From: Desulfobacterium sp.
GTDB lineage: Bacteria; Desulfobacterota; Desulfobacteria; Desulfobacterales; Desulfobacteraceae
Length of the DNA: 64,000 nucleotides
Assembly: GCA_034006945.1 (NCBI GenBank)
Contig: JAVERV010000005.1
Span: 52,244-116,243 of the forward strand
Direction: 5' to 3'
A program made the position numbers and the translations under genes. Shown here in pieces: positions 21,032 through 31,245 of the stretch (position 1 is the stretch's first letter; every line of letters begins with the position of its first letter). The notes under the pieces are model-generated. The model saw only the letters and a program-made list of their open reading frames with translations, had not been told where the DNA came from and ran no database searches.

Positions 21032-21895
21032 TTAAAGCTGTTTTAAGATGTTTGCAACAACGGTTTCAAATGCCTTTGAAAATTCACTCTCCTCATCTTC
21101 CATGACAATGGGAATTCCATTATCACCTGATTTGACAACTCCAAGGTCAAAGGGAATGGAACCGAGAAATGTAATGCCTTCCTGGTCTGCAGTTGCCTTA
21201 CCGCCGCCGCTCTTGAAAAGTTCAATGGTCTTATCGCAATGGGGGCATTTAAATGGCCCCATATTTTCCACGATACCAAGCATTTTCATCTTTACCGTTC
21301 GGCAAAAAGAGAGGGATTTTCTCACGTCGGCAAGGGCCACCTCCTGGGGAGTCGTCACAACAACTGCCTGGGCGTCCTTGATGGTCTGAATCACGGTAAG
21401 GGGTTCGTCACCGGTGCCTGGAGGGGCGTCGATGATTAGAAAATCAAGATCTCCCCATTCCACCGAACCGACAAACTGTTTGATCATTCCGCTTTTCGCA
21501 GGACCTCTCCAGATTATGGCCTGGTTTTTATCCTGCATTAATGCCTGGATTGACACGATTTTCAGGTTCTCACCGATCTTTTTGGGCTCCAGAAGTTTGT
21601 TTGGAGAGATGTCCAGAAGTTCAGTCATTCCAAACATCTGTGCTATTGACGGCCCGTGAAGATCCACGTCCATGAGGCCTGTTTTAAATCCTTTTTTGGC
21701 AAGGCTTGCCGCAAGGTTGGCAGAAACGCTGCTCTTGCCTACGCCGCCTTTCCCGCTCAGGACAAAGATTTTGTTCTTTATCTTTGAAAGAGAAGTTTTG
21801 ATCATCTCCTCCTGAAGGTCTTCCTGGGAGTGCTGTTTGTTCTGGGAAGGGCATCCTCCGCCTTTCTTGGCTTTATCCATATTCTCGTAAAGCAT
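21032..21895 (-). CDS. mrp: Mrp/NBP35 Fe-S carrier ATPase
   Basis: SGKGGVGKS, DVDLHGPS, WRGP, DAPPGTGD, ENM..CPHC. Confidence 0.92.
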   Translation of the reverse strand: MLYENMDKAKKGGGCPSQNKQHSQEDLQEEMIKTSLSKIKNKIFVLSGKGGVGKSSVSANLAASLAKKGFKTGLMDVDLHGPSIAQMFGMTELLDISPNKLLEPKKIGENLKIVSIQALMQDKNQAIIWRGPAKSGMIKQFVGSVEWGDLDFLIIDAPPGTGDEPLTVIQTIKDAQAVVVTTPQEVALADVRKSLSFCRTVKMKMLGIVENMGPFKCPHCDKTIELFKSGGGKATADQEGITFLGSIPFDLGVVKSGDNGIPIVMEDEESEFSKAFETVVANILKQL

Positions 21896-21951
21896 GGTAT
21901 ATTACCTCTCCGGTAAATTAGGGGTTATTAACAATAACTCATTTATAATTA

Positions 21952-22725
21952 TCACTGTTCGGTTTCTGTCAAGGCAAAAACTGACGCATTTACAGGAAGA
22001 TCCGGGTAGAAATTTATGATCTTGAGAGTCATTGTTCTTCCCGAAGAGTCCTGGACAAAGGTCGTTCCTGGAACCAGGTAGGGCCCATGGGGTTTAAGGT
22101 CAGAGCGCCTGACCTGGTAGAAGGAGTTACCGTTCCTTGCCACAGAGTCAAATTGAACGATTTGCCCATTATTGTCAAATTGGACCCTTGCCACGGTCCC
22201 CCGCCATTTTCGTGACAGGAGAAGTGTGGTTAAATCACCCTTTTCAGCGGTCAGTATCTGTTCCCGGTCAAAGGGTTCCAGGGGAAGCCTGCCCGATAAA
22301 AGGGTTATGATATCCCTGATGCGGATGGGCAGGGCCACCATGGATTTTAAAGAGGGGTTGGGGGCATTGATGGTGTGGCGCTCATGGCGACCGGTGTGGG
22401 AGACAAACGAGACCTTTTCACCGTCTGCAACGATGGTTTCAACGGGAAAGCCTGATTCCAGGACGGTAATGCGGATTCTATCCGGAAGAAGGGCGGCCCA
22501 GGCAATTTTAAACTGTCGATGGGTATCGTTATCGGTCAGGGTGATACGGGCGGTTCCCTTAACCGTTGCAAGTCCCTGGTTGATTGAGCTTGCGTCCCGG
22601 GCAAGGCGGGCAGCCCTGGCGGGAGTCTCCACTCCCTTTTGGGGCATTAGACCTGCACATCCTGACAGAAAAAATGATGTCGTTCCGATCAGGAGAATAA
22701 AAATGAGCGGGTTATTTCTCTTCAT
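21952..22725 (-). CDS. Lipoprotein, LolB/DUF4292-like
   Basis: Lipobox LSGC; beta-rich; sits downstream of a TPR gene, the usual TPR-lolB arrangement. Confidence 0.6.
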   Translation of the reverse strand: MKRNNPLIFILLIGTTSFFLSGCAGLMPQKGVETPARAARLARDASSINQGLATVKGTARITLTDNDTHRQFKIAWAALLPDRIRITVLESGFPVETIVADGEKVSFVSHTGRHERHTINAPNPSLKSMVALPIRIRDIITLLSGRLPLEPFDREQILTAEKGDLTTLLLSRKWRGTVARVQFDNNGQIVQFDSVARNGNSFYQVRRSDLKPHGPYLVPGTTFVQDSSGRTMTLKIINFYPDLPVNASVFALTETEQ

Positions 22726-24568
22726 TCAACCGTTGTTCCAGATCCTGGATTTTGGCATCAAGATCAGAGTTTTCGTCGTTTGATTTTGATCTGGCCTTTT
22801 TATAGGTTTCAAGGGCATCCTTCAGGCGGTCTGACTTTAGATAGGCGTCACCCAGGTGCTCGGTGATCACAGGGTCGGCATCGGTAAGGTCTACAGCCCG
22901 TTGAAGCATGGGAACAGCCTTTGAGAAGAGTCCCTGCCTGTAATAGACCCATCCGAGGCTGTCGGTGATAAAACCATCTTCAGGCTTAAGGGTCAGGGCT
23001 TTTAAAATAAGGGCTTCGGCAATGTCGAGGTTTTCACCCATATCTGCATAGGTGTACCCAAGGTAGTTAAGTGCGTTTGCATTGTTAGGGTCAAGTTCAA
23101 TTACCCTTTGCATGGATTGGATGCACGCCGATTTCTGTCCGACTTTATCCTGAACAACGCCTAACCTGAATATCAGGTTTACATTGTCTGGAAATTGTTT
23201 TATCCCCTCGCTTAAAATGGCGATGGATTTTGTATGGGCGTTAATTTCTTCGTAAAATGCGGATAAATAGATAACTATATCGATATCATCGGGAAGTTCA
23301 CGGTGTTTCACTTCCAGAAAATCAATGGCTTTATCTTTAAGTTCGTTTTCATTGTAGGATAGAGCAATGTGGACTATGCTCTTTTTGTAATATTCAGAGT
23401 CAGGCTTTACCCGCTGAAAATGATAAATGGCCTTCCGGGTCTGTTTCAAGGCATCGTAGGCGATACCCGAAAGATACTCGAGTGTCGAGTTTTGGGGCGC
23501 CCCTTTGAGCATTCCTGTAAAGGTAATGGCAGCCTCTTTGAACCTTTTTTCCCCCAGCAGTTCCTGTGAGGCCATCATGATGATTCTCTCGTCTTGAATG
23601 CTCCGTTCGCCGATCAAGGCAAACATTTCTGAAGCTTTTGTTTCTTGACCATGGGTGTGGTAAAAAAGCGACAGTTCTAATTCGGCCCTGATGTTGTTAT
23701 TGTCGATCTCAAGAATTTCCAGATAGAGCCTGATCGTCTCTGGAATAGTTCCATCGCTATCCTGATTCTCGTAAATCGAGATCAGTTCAAATCTTGGTTC
23801 CAGCAGAGTCGGATTGATTGCTAATGTTTTTAAAAATTCCTTTTCTGCGTATTCAGGATTGTTTTTTATGGCATGAACCCTGCCAAGGAAAAAATGGGCC
23901 GCATAGGAATCGGGAAAGTGCTTGGCCATTTTTGCATATAGCCTGAAGGCCTCATCCGTGTTGTCGCTATCCATAAGGATCTGGCCCAGATAAAGATAGG
24001 CGTTCTCCTGGTCAGGGTCGAGCTGAAGCACCTTCAGGTAAATTTCTTTTGCCTCGTCATTCTGGTTGAGCATCTGTCTTAACTTGCCCTCTATTAAAAG
24101 AGCATCCGTATCTTTCGGTTCGAGTTTCACAAGTTTCTGGGCAACCTTCAGTGCTTTGGCGGTGTTTCTTTTATGAAGGTAAAGGGTAATGAGTTCCTTT
24201 TTTAAAAACGAGGAGGCTGGGTCTAAGTTGACTGCCTTGATCAGTTCGTCAATGGCACGGTCAAAGTCTCCAGCCCTCATATGAAGCTCTGAGCGAATGT
24301 AGTGGAAGTATGGAGACTCCACCTCTTCGTATATCTTTAGGGCCTGGTCTTTTTTGGGGTCAACGCTGTCCACCGCCTTAACAGGGATGGGTCTGGGTGC
24401 ACAGGCCGCACCCACAAGGATCAGAACAATAAGAAGATATAGGCAGAACACCTGTCTTCTATGTTTGCCGTGGACTGGACTTGTCCGGGAAATAATTCCC
24501 GATTCAAGGGCTGATTTAAGTTTGGGCAATAAACCCGAACATACAGGGTTAATTATGGTTGTGATCAT
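22712..24568 (-). CDS. TPR-repeat (lipo)protein
   Basis: Many TPRs, NALNYLGY, DSLGWVYY, EHLGDAY; possible lipobox GAAC; start codon uncertain. Confidence 0.85.
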   Translation of the reverse strand: MITTIINPVCSGLLPKLKSALESGIISRTSPVHGKHRRQVFCLYLLIVLILVGAACAPRPIPVKAVDSVDPKKDQALKIYEEVESPYFHYIRSELHMRAGDFDRAIDELIKAVNLDPASSFLKKELITLYLHKRNTAKALKVAQKLVKLEPKDTDALLIEGKLRQMLNQNDEAKEIYLKVLQLDPDQENAYLYLGQILMDSDNTDEAFRLYAKMAKHFPDSYAAHFFLGRVHAIKNNPEYAEKEFLKTLAINPTLLEPRFELISIYENQDSDGTIPETIRLYLEILEIDNNNIRAELELSLFYHTHGQETKASEMFALIGERSIQDERIIMMASQELLGEKRFKEAAITFTGMLKGAPQNSTLEYLSGIAYDALKQTRKAIYHFQRVKPDSEYYKKSIVHIALSYNENELKDKAIDFLEVKHRELPDDIDIVIYLSAFYEEINAHTKSIAILSEGIKQFPDNVNLIFRLGVVQDKVGQKSACIQSMQRVIELDPNNANALNYLGYTYADMGENLDIAEALILKALTLKPEDGFITDSLGWVYYRQGLFSKAVPMLQRAVDLTDADPVITEHLGDAYLKSDRLKDALETYKKARSKSNDENSDLDAKIQDLEQRLNEEK

Positions 24569-25523
24569 AGGCGTCAAAATCGGGCATCTCATTTTTAAAG
24601 TATTCTTTCATTTTTTTTATGATGTTGTTTTCTACCTGCCTCACCCGCTCACGGGAAATATTGTACTCTTCACCTATTTCCTGCAGGGTCTGGGGGTCGT
24701 CTGAAAATATTCTTTTTGTAAAGATATCCATTTCCCTCTGATTCAGCGTGGCGGTAAACTCCTTGACCCTTGTATGGAGAATGTCTTCGATCTGCTTTCT
24801 TGCCACCTTATCTTCGGTGGAATCGGTTTCCACGTTGATAAATTCAATCCGTTCCGTATCAGAATCATTTCTAAGGGGTTCATCAAGGGAGAGGTCCCAG
24901 CCATCAAGGCGCTGATCCATTTCAATAACCTCCTTCTCTGATACCCCCATCCGCTCGGAAAGAAGTTTGGGGCCCGGGTCAAACCCCTCATCAATGAGTT
25001 TTTGTTTTTCTTTTCTGAGCCGGAAAAAAAGTTTGCGCTGTCCCTGGGTGGTCCCAATTTTTACAAGGCGCCAGTTGTCCATAATGAACTTCAGAATATA
25101 TGCCTTTATCCAGAAAGAGGCGTAGTAGGAAAACTTGACATTCTTGTAGGGGTCAAATTTTTTAACCGCCTTGACAAGGCCGATATTTCCCTCTTGAATA
25201 AGATCCAGAAGGTTCTGCATCCAGACACGCTGGAAATCAAGGGCTATCTTAACCACAAGCCTGAGGTTGGATGTCACCATTATATAAGCGGCATCGCTGT
25301 CATTTTCCTTTTGTATCTTGGTCCCGAGATCCACCTCCTCTTCTCTTGTGAGAAGCCTGTACCTGTTTATCTCGGCAAGGTAACTCTGAAGAGGATCTGC
25401 CTTAACAAGGGCCTTGGTTGACGATGTATTCTTTTTAACCTTTGGTACAAGGTAACCTCTTCGCGAATATTTTTCTTCAGCAATGGTATCTTGTGTGTTT
25501 GTTTTAGCTTTTTTTCTGCTCAT
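24549..25523 (-). CDS. rpoH: RNA polymerase sigma-32 family factor
   Basis: SNLRLVVKIA, DLIQEGNIGL, RpoH-box-like TTQGQRKLFFRLRK, SRERVRQVE. Confidence 0.9.
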   Translation of the reverse strand: MSRKKAKTNTQDTIAEEKYSRRGYLVPKVKKNTSSTKALVKADPLQSYLAEINRYRLLTREEEVDLGTKIQKENDSDAAYIMVTSNLRLVVKIALDFQRVWMQNLLDLIQEGNIGLVKAVKKFDPYKNVKFSYYASFWIKAYILKFIMDNWRLVKIGTTQGQRKLFFRLRKEKQKLIDEGFDPGPKLLSERMGVSEKEVIEMDQRLDGWDLSLDEPLRNDSDTERIEFINVETDSTEDKVARKQIEDILHTRVKEFTATLNQREMDIFTKRIFSDDPQTLQEIGEEYNISRERVRQVENNIIKKMKEYFKNEMPDFDAYDHNHN

Positions 25524-25674
25524 AACACTCCCTGCAATTGTTTCTTACGGGTTAATATGCATTCTTCCCATGATATACTAAAAGCAGATAAATATCGATC
25601 AAAAAAAATTAAGCGGCTGTTTTGTTTTTTATGTGGACACACCCGGGTTGATTTGATATAAGTCCTCCGTGTTT

Positions 25675-25751
<77 letters not shown>

Positions 25752-25760
25752 CTTACAACA

Positions 25761-25797
25761 AGGGCTCTCGGGAAAAACTTCCTGGAGCTTTTTTTGT
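25761..25797 (+). terminator. Probable terminator after tRNA-Arg
   Basis: Imperfect stem GGGCTCTCGGGAA...TTCCTGGAGCTT followed by a T-run. Confidence 0.5.
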
Positions 25798-26040
25798 TTC
25801 TCCGGTCAACTTCCGGTACTTTGAAAACTTTTCTTATTGCAACTTAGGTTTTTGCCGCATCCCATCTTTTTGTTCATATGGAAAATTTGCACCATATCGC
25901 CGTTGTAGGCTATGGGATAGCCCTTTGATGGACATTGTGTCCCTTACTCAGATTTTTCCGGCGTTGCTGAAACTTTCCATATTAAAAAAATTATCTTTAA
26001 TAATTAAGGTAGCCAGCGTTAAAAAAAACATATATTGGGC

Positions 26041-26069
26041 TTGATTTTATTTACCTTTGATCTTATAAT
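26041..26069 (+). promoter_or_regulatory. Sigma70 promoter for cspA, giving a long (about 140 nt) 5' UTR
   Basis: TTGATT-17 bp-TATAAT; long UTRs are typical of cold-shock genes. Confidence 0.65.
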
Positions 26070-26213
26070 ACATCCCATCATGTAGCAAGGTTGTAATTTG
26101 GCAGCCTGCAGGTTTTGTACTTAAGGGAAGAATAAATTGTTGGATAAGCACATCAGTGTGGCAACTACCTCAAGTTCGAAACGATTGAACTTTATTTTTT
26201 AGGAGATTGTCAC

Positions 26214-26414
26214 ATGGCTAACGGAATTGTAAAATGGTTTAATGATTCAAAGGGTTTTGGTTTTATCGAGCAGGAGAACGGAGAGGACGTTTTCGTTCAT
26301 CACTCAGGTATAAACTCTTCTGGTTTTAAATCACTTAACGAAGGAGACAAGGTAACCTTTGACATAGAGCAGGGTCAGAAAGGACCAGCTGCAACTAATG
26401 TCACTGTAGTATAG
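26214..26414 (+). CDS. cspA: Cold shock protein
   Basis: GIVKWFN, KGFGFI (RNP1), DVFVH (RNP2); SD AGGAG. Confidence 0.96.
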   Translation: MANGIVKWFNDSKGFGFIEQENGEDVFVHHSGINSSGFKSLNEGDKVTFDIEQGQKGPAATNVTVV

Positions 26415-26481
26415 TACAGCGTATGCAACTTTAAAACTGTTTAAGCTTTTGGGGTAAATGGTTTTAAAGTGAACCCATACT

Positions 26482-26520
26482 AAAAAAGTCCCTTTGATTG
26501 ATTTCATTGGGGCTTTTTTT
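26482..26520 (+). terminator. Intrinsic terminator downstream of cspA
   Basis: AAAAAAGTCCC...GGGGCTTTTTTT. Confidence 0.7.
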
Positions 26521-26636
26521 ATTTTCTATAGCTCTGTATTTGTTCAGCCTATCTGTGCCCATCCTCATCACTTTCTTCTCTAAAAAAATTACCCTTAAAG
26601 ACCTAATCCCATTCCCCTTTATTACTCAAGCCATGT

Positions 26637-26664
26637 TTGACAATTTTTTTGTTACCTGTATAAT
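26637..26664 (+). promoter_or_regulatory. Consensus sigma70 promoter upstream of the yjjJ-like toxin
   Basis: TTGACA (26637-42), 16 bp spacer, TATAAT (26659-64). Confidence 0.7.
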
Positions 26665-26772
26665 TAGTCACAATCTTAAATGTATTTTAATAAAAACATG
26701 CATAAACTCTATATTGCTTGTTAATAAGTCTTTATTTTTCTAATCGTTTTATTAGTCAAAAAGAGATATGAA

Positions 26773-28122
26773 ATGATACTTTCGATAATAAATTATTTAA
26801 AAAGAGGGCCTTCGACATCCAAAGAGATTCAGGCAGCAACAGGCCTGAGCCAAAGTACGATTTCTCGTCAGATAAGAGATATGGGTGATCGTATCGTAAA
26901 GATACAAATTGGGCGCACAGTAAAGTATGCCGCAACATGCAATGCGTTTAACAGTAATGACAAAATACCATTAAGTGTAATCGACAACTCTGGGAAAAAC
27001 ATCTTAATTGCCTATGTACGCCCGTTAAATTCAGGCGGTTTTTTTCTGGAACAGACACGATCTGCCACTCTTTTATTCCTGGGTGAGCAAAAAAACGGTG
27101 TATATGATGATTTGCCTTATTTTCTTTTGGATTTAAAACCTCAAGGTTTTCTGGGGCGGCAAATCGCTCAAAAGATAGCTTCTCTATGTGATGATTTCCC
27201 CTCAGATCCAAGGGATTGGAATTCCAGCCATATCGGGCGCTATTTGATTGCCGATGGTGATGATCTGCCTGGAGATTTCATATTAGGAGAGCAGGCCTTT
27301 TTACGTCTTAGGCAGCAACCTGCCGCCTTCTCTGAAAAGGACTATCCTGAAATTGCAAACCGTGTGATGAGCGGAGAGCTCGCAGGATCATCGGCTGGCG
27401 GGGAACAGCCTAAATTCACGGTTTTTAACCGTGACACCCAATCCCATGTGATTGTTAAATTCTCTCCTCAAGGTGAAAATGAGATTGCCACAAGATGGCG
27501 TGATGTTTTGATTACGGAATACCATGCGGCTAAAATAATAAATGATAATATTTTCCTCTCTGCTACATCCAGACTTCTCGAAATGAATGGGAGGTTGTTT
27601 CTAGAATCCCAGAGACTTGATAGAATTGGATTATATGGAAGATCGTCCATGATATCCCTTCAGGTAATTGATGCTGAGTATGTCGGTCTGGGGAGCAATT
27701 GGCCGAAAGTTATGAGAACATTATTCAACAAGAGGATGGTTCATGAACAGGACGTCCTTAATGCAGAAACCGTATGGTATTTTGGTCGTCTTATCAATAA
27801 CACAGACATGCATTTAGGGAATCTGAGTTTATCAATAGACGGTGATTTTTTCAAATTGTTACCCATATATGATATGTGTTCAATGGGGTTTGCACCTAAA
27901 AGCGGCGGGGAAGTAACACCTTTTACCTTTGAACCACCTCCTATTAAAGATGCCGATATTAATGAAGAACAGCTTGAAACCATAACAAAGGCAGCGCATA
28001 TTTTCTGGAAAAATGTTGCCCAAGATGGCAGGATCTCAAACCAGTTCAAAAAATATTTACAACAAGGGATGGTTCGTGCAAATGGCGCTGATATTCAAGG
28101 CAATCAAAATTTCTTGATTTAA
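26773..28122 (+). CDS. yjjJ: HipA-family kinase toxin of the YjjJ/HipH type (N-terminal HTH plus HipA kinase)
   Basis: HTH GLSQSTISR; PQGFLGR; SSAGGEQPKF; NTDMHLGN; PIYDM. Confidence 0.88.
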   Translation: MILSIINYLKRGPSTSKEIQAATGLSQSTISRQIRDMGDRIVKIQIGRTVKYAATCNAFNSNDKIPLSVIDNSGKNILIAYVRPLNSGGFFLEQTRSATLLFLGEQKNGVYDDLPYFLLDLKPQGFLGRQIAQKIASLCDDFPSDPRDWNSSHIGRYLIADGDDLPGDFILGEQAFLRLRQQPAAFSEKDYPEIANRVMSGELAGSSAGGEQPKFTVFNRDTQSHVIVKFSPQGENEIATRWRDVLITEYHAAKIINDNIFLSATSRLLEMNGRLFLESQRLDRIGLYGRSSMISLQVIDAEYVGLGSNWPKVMRTLFNKRMVHEQDVLNAETVWYFGRLINNTDMHLGNLSLSIDGDFFKLLPIYDMCSMGFAPKSGGEVTPFTFEPPPIKDADINEEQLETITKAAHIFWKNVAQDGRISNQFKKYLQQGMVRANGADIQGNQNFLI

Positions 28123-28233
28123 AGGGATATTTCACCCAAAAAAAGTAGAGTGCTTTTCTGCTGATATCAAGGATGCTGCCTTCAGCTTATATCTATATCC
28201 CTTTCAACTTTGTTTCTGACAGATTTTTTTTAG

Positions 28234-28296
28234 ACCACGAAGAGCACGAAGGCCACCAAGTAAGGGCTTCGTGGTGGCCTTCGTGCTCTTCGTGGT
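28234..28296. repeat. Perfect 25-bp inverted repeat with a 13-nt loop and an internal repeated CACGAAG
   Basis: ACCACGAAGAGCACGAAGGCCACCA / TGGTGGCCTTCGTGCTCTTCGTGGT. Confidence 0.9.
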
Positions 28297-28342
28297 AAAA
28301 TAATTTGGCGGTTTTAAAGGCTTGAAATAGATAGGATGAAGG

Positions 28343-28642
28343 TTAGAATGAATTCACCGTGGCCTGCTGGTACATATCTTTTTGTGTTTTACCAGGGAGG
28401 AATTGAACAACTCCAAGACTTATTGTCACTTTAAAATCTATTTTGCAAAATTTTTCTTCTATTTTTTTTCTTATTGTTTCAGCAATTTTGAATGAGTCAT
28501 CAAGGCCGGTTTCAGGTGTTATTATTGCAAATTCTTCACCCCCGACTCTGAAAACTGCATCACTTTTACGGATAGAATTTCTGACTGCCTGGGAAAGTTC
28601 GAAAAGTATTTTATCACCTGCTTTATGAACTAAAAATTGCAT
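28343..28642 (-). pseudogene. Truncated diguanylate cyclase (GGDEF) fragment
   Basis: H.AGD.IL...R.SD.VFRVGGEEF...VTISLGV; lacks the N-terminal DIDHFK..ND and the C-terminal AD..LY.AK. Confidence 0.8.
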
Positions 28643-28669
28643 TCAAGGTGATACCTTTTAGCCAGGTGC

Positions 28670-30403
28670 TTAAACTGAAATTGATCCTTTCCGGAAATCT
28701 GTTCTGCCCATCATTGCGTTAACTAAAACTGGGCGCCCGTTTTGTGCGGACTGCTTGGCGTCTGTCAGCACCTTGTATATTTCACTATTCTCCTTTAGCA
28801 CCATCCCGTCCGCAGCCAATGCGTCCGCAATTTTATGATAATCGCTGTATTCCAGGGTCGTTGCAACATCATCATGGAAGATTTCGGTCTGGTCCCGGGC
28901 AATCTGGGTCCAACCTGCATCATTGCCGATGACGGTAATAATGGGAAGGTTGTGCCGGACAAAGGTGTCCTGCTCCATCAGGCCGTACCCGGCTGCACCG
29001 TCTCCGTACAGGAGCCAGATTTCGGCTTCCGGGTGGATGAGTTTTGCAGCAATGGCAAAACCCGCACCCACCCCAAGTGTGCCGTAAGGCCCGGGATCCA
29101 TCCAGGTTAGGGGACCCCGCGGCTTCAGAATATATGACGCAGTGGCGATAAAATCACCACCATCGCCGATCACGACGCTGTTCTCCGCCATGGAGTCGTC
29201 AATTGCCGCACACAGGCGCAGGGGATTGGCGTATTCAGTTTGAGTGTCCATATATTTAACAATTTTGTCGGCTCCTCTCTTTTCCCGCAGGTTTAACCGG
29301 CTGATCCAGGGCGTAAAGTGGTGCCGGTCAAACTGAGTTTCGGACGTCAACTTCAGCAAAAACGTACACGGATCCGCCACCACGGCCAAATCCGGCTTCC
29401 GGTTCAATTGAAGGTCGGTTTTGCTCCGGTTGACGCCGACATAAAACGCATCTTTGCCAATACTCTTTCCATAGTTCAACCGAAAATCACAGGGCATCCC
29501 GGCAATCAGAACCAGATCCGCCTCTTTAAGCGCCGGGGTGCGGCCATGCCGGAACTGCATGGCGCATTGGTTGCCCACCAAACCCCTTGCCATCCCTGTC
29601 AGAAACATCGGTACGCCGAACGATCGAAGCTGGTCCGACAGGCGGTGTAGCAGATGAGGGTTGAGGGCCACCTGGCTTCCGACCACCATTACCGGCGATT
29701 GCGCCTGTTTTATTCTTTCAAGCACTGCCTCCACGTCGTCCAAATCCACAAAGAACGGTTTAATGTGTGCTTTTTCCGCCAGTTCAAGATTTTTTGTGGA
29801 ACAGGCAAATATTTTATCCACGTGTCGGCGAAGGTACCAGCGGGTAACCCGTTCAATCATGCCCTTGGATTCATCAGCTCCCTTTGTATACCACTCCCTC
29901 ACGAGGGCCGGATCATAGAGCAGGTCCAGAGGGCACTCAATAAATACCGGGCCGGGGATTCCAGAGAGTGCCACATCAAAGGCCTCTTCCAGCACCGGCT
30001 CGATATCGCAGTCCTGATGAATTGTTGATGACCATTTCACGAGGGTTTCCATCAATTTCATCTGTTCGATGTCCTGGAGTGCACCCCGATCTTTTAATAC
30101 TGTTGCCGGTGCCCCTCCGAGTAACACCAGCGGCGACTGGGCCATCTGGGCGTTTTTAATCGCCGTGATGGAATTTGTGACCCCCGGCCCCGCAGTCACC
30201 GCTGCCACACCCGGAATGCCGGTCAACCGGGAAACTGCATCAGCGGCAAACACAGCCGTCGGCTCCTGACGGACGTCAATTACCCGGATACCTGCCTTTT
30301 TGGCGCCTACCAGAATCGGAGAGATATGCCCCCCGCACAGTGTGAAAATAAACTCAACTCCTTGATTTTTCAATACCTGTGCAATCTTTTCGCCGCCATT
30401 CAT
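28670..30403 (-). CDS. ThDP-dependent acetolactate-synthase-like enzyme (ILVBL/2-hydroxyacyl-CoA lyase type)
   Basis: [36 protein letters not shown]...NDAGW, C-terminal [12 protein letters not shown]. Confidence 0.85.
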   Translation of the reverse strand: MNGGEKIAQVLKNQGVEFIFTLCGGHISPILVGAKKAGIRVIDVRQEPTAVFAADAVSRLTGIPGVAAVTAGPGVTNSITAIKNAQMAQSPLVLLGGAPATVLKDRGALQDIEQMKLMETLVKWSSTIHQDCDIEPVLEEAFDVALSGIPGPVFIECPLDLLYDPALVREWYTKGADESKGMIERVTRWYLRRHVDKIFACSTKNLELAEKAHIKPFFVDLDDVEAVLERIKQAQSPVMVVGSQVALNPHLLHRLSDQLRSFGVPMFLTGMARGLVGNQCAMQFRHGRTPALKEADLVLIAGMPCDFRLNYGKSIGKDAFYVGVNRSKTDLQLNRKPDLAVVADPCTFLLKLTSETQFDRHHFTPWISRLNLREKRGADKIVKYMDTQTEYANPLRLCAAIDDSMAENSVVIGDGGDFIATASYILKPRGPLTWMDPGPYGTLGVGAGFAIAAKLIHPEAEIWLLYGDGAAGYGLMEQDTFVRHNLPIITVIGNDAGWTQIARDQTEIFHDDVATTLEYSDYHKIADALAADGMVLKENSEIYKVLTDAKQSAQNGRPVLVNAMMGRTDFRKGSISV

Positions 30404-30424
30404 GCCTGTGGTCCTGGGTTAATG

Positions 30425-30613
30425 TCATTGGTTTGTCAGCCTGTATGCGTTTAACCTTTCAAACAAAAGATCATATTCGTCTTCATATTCGAACAGATCA
30501 AGCATGACAGGCGGTTTTGTGGAATGAGCCGGAAGTCTCTTTTGGGTTCCGGCTATCAGCGTATCAAGTTCAGCCAATCTTTTTTTTGTTCTTTCATACT
30601 CTTCCCGATCCAT
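30425..30613 (-). CDS. Small hypothetical protein (PAHS.KP motif, coiled coil)
   Basis: 62 aa ORF with GAGGA SD, apparently in an operon between the cupin and the ThDP enzyme. Confidence 0.65.
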   Translation of the reverse strand: MDREEYERTKKRLAELDTLIAGTQKRLPAHSTKPPVMLDLFEYEDEYDLLFERLNAYRLTNQ

Positions 30614-30655
30614 GGCTATTTCCTCTTAGCTCTGCTTTGAAATCGGTACGTTTCA

Positions 30656-30976
30656 TCAAATTGGAGGGGCAATTGTGACGATGATCCGCATTTTTGTGTC
30701 TGCCAGGACACCATGGGGTTCCCGTATTTCTGATACCAGGATATCCCCTACGTTCGCTGGAATTTTGGCATCATTTTCTCCTAAAAACCAGCCCTTACCC
30801 TCCAGTACCTGGATAGACAACTCCCCATCCAAATCATGGGAATGGACCGGGAAAGTAACCCCGGCATCAAGGTTGAAATTGATGATCTTGAAAAACTCTG
30901 AGGTTTCAACCAGGAAGAACCTTTTCATGGCTCCCGGTTTAAATTCATTGGTTTCGGTAAGTTTAAAAACTTTCAT
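30656..30976 (-). CDS. Cupin domain protein
   Basis: PVHSH, VLEGKG, PHGV; SD GGAG. Confidence 0.85.
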   Translation of the reverse strand: MKVFKLTETNEFKPGAMKRFFLVETSEFFKIINFNLDAGVTFPVHSHDLDGELSIQVLEGKGWFLGENDAKIPANVGDILVSEIREPHGVLADTKMRIIVTIAPPI

Positions 30977-31245
30977 AAAATTTCTCCTTCAAACAAGTTT
31001 ATAAGGTAAAGCCCGGACTTTGCCGGGGGCTTCCAAAGTTTTACATTTGGGGATATGAAAATTTCCAGAACTGTGAGCCATTCAAATATCACAGAAGAAG
31101 AATTTTTCATTTAACAACAATTGAAAGTTAAACCATAAACCTATAAATGCAAGATAAAACCCACACACAAGAGATGTTCAGGGTCTTTCTCTATTGTGGG
31201 GAGGGGCAAAAAACCACTGGAGTAAAAGACTTATCCCTACATCGG

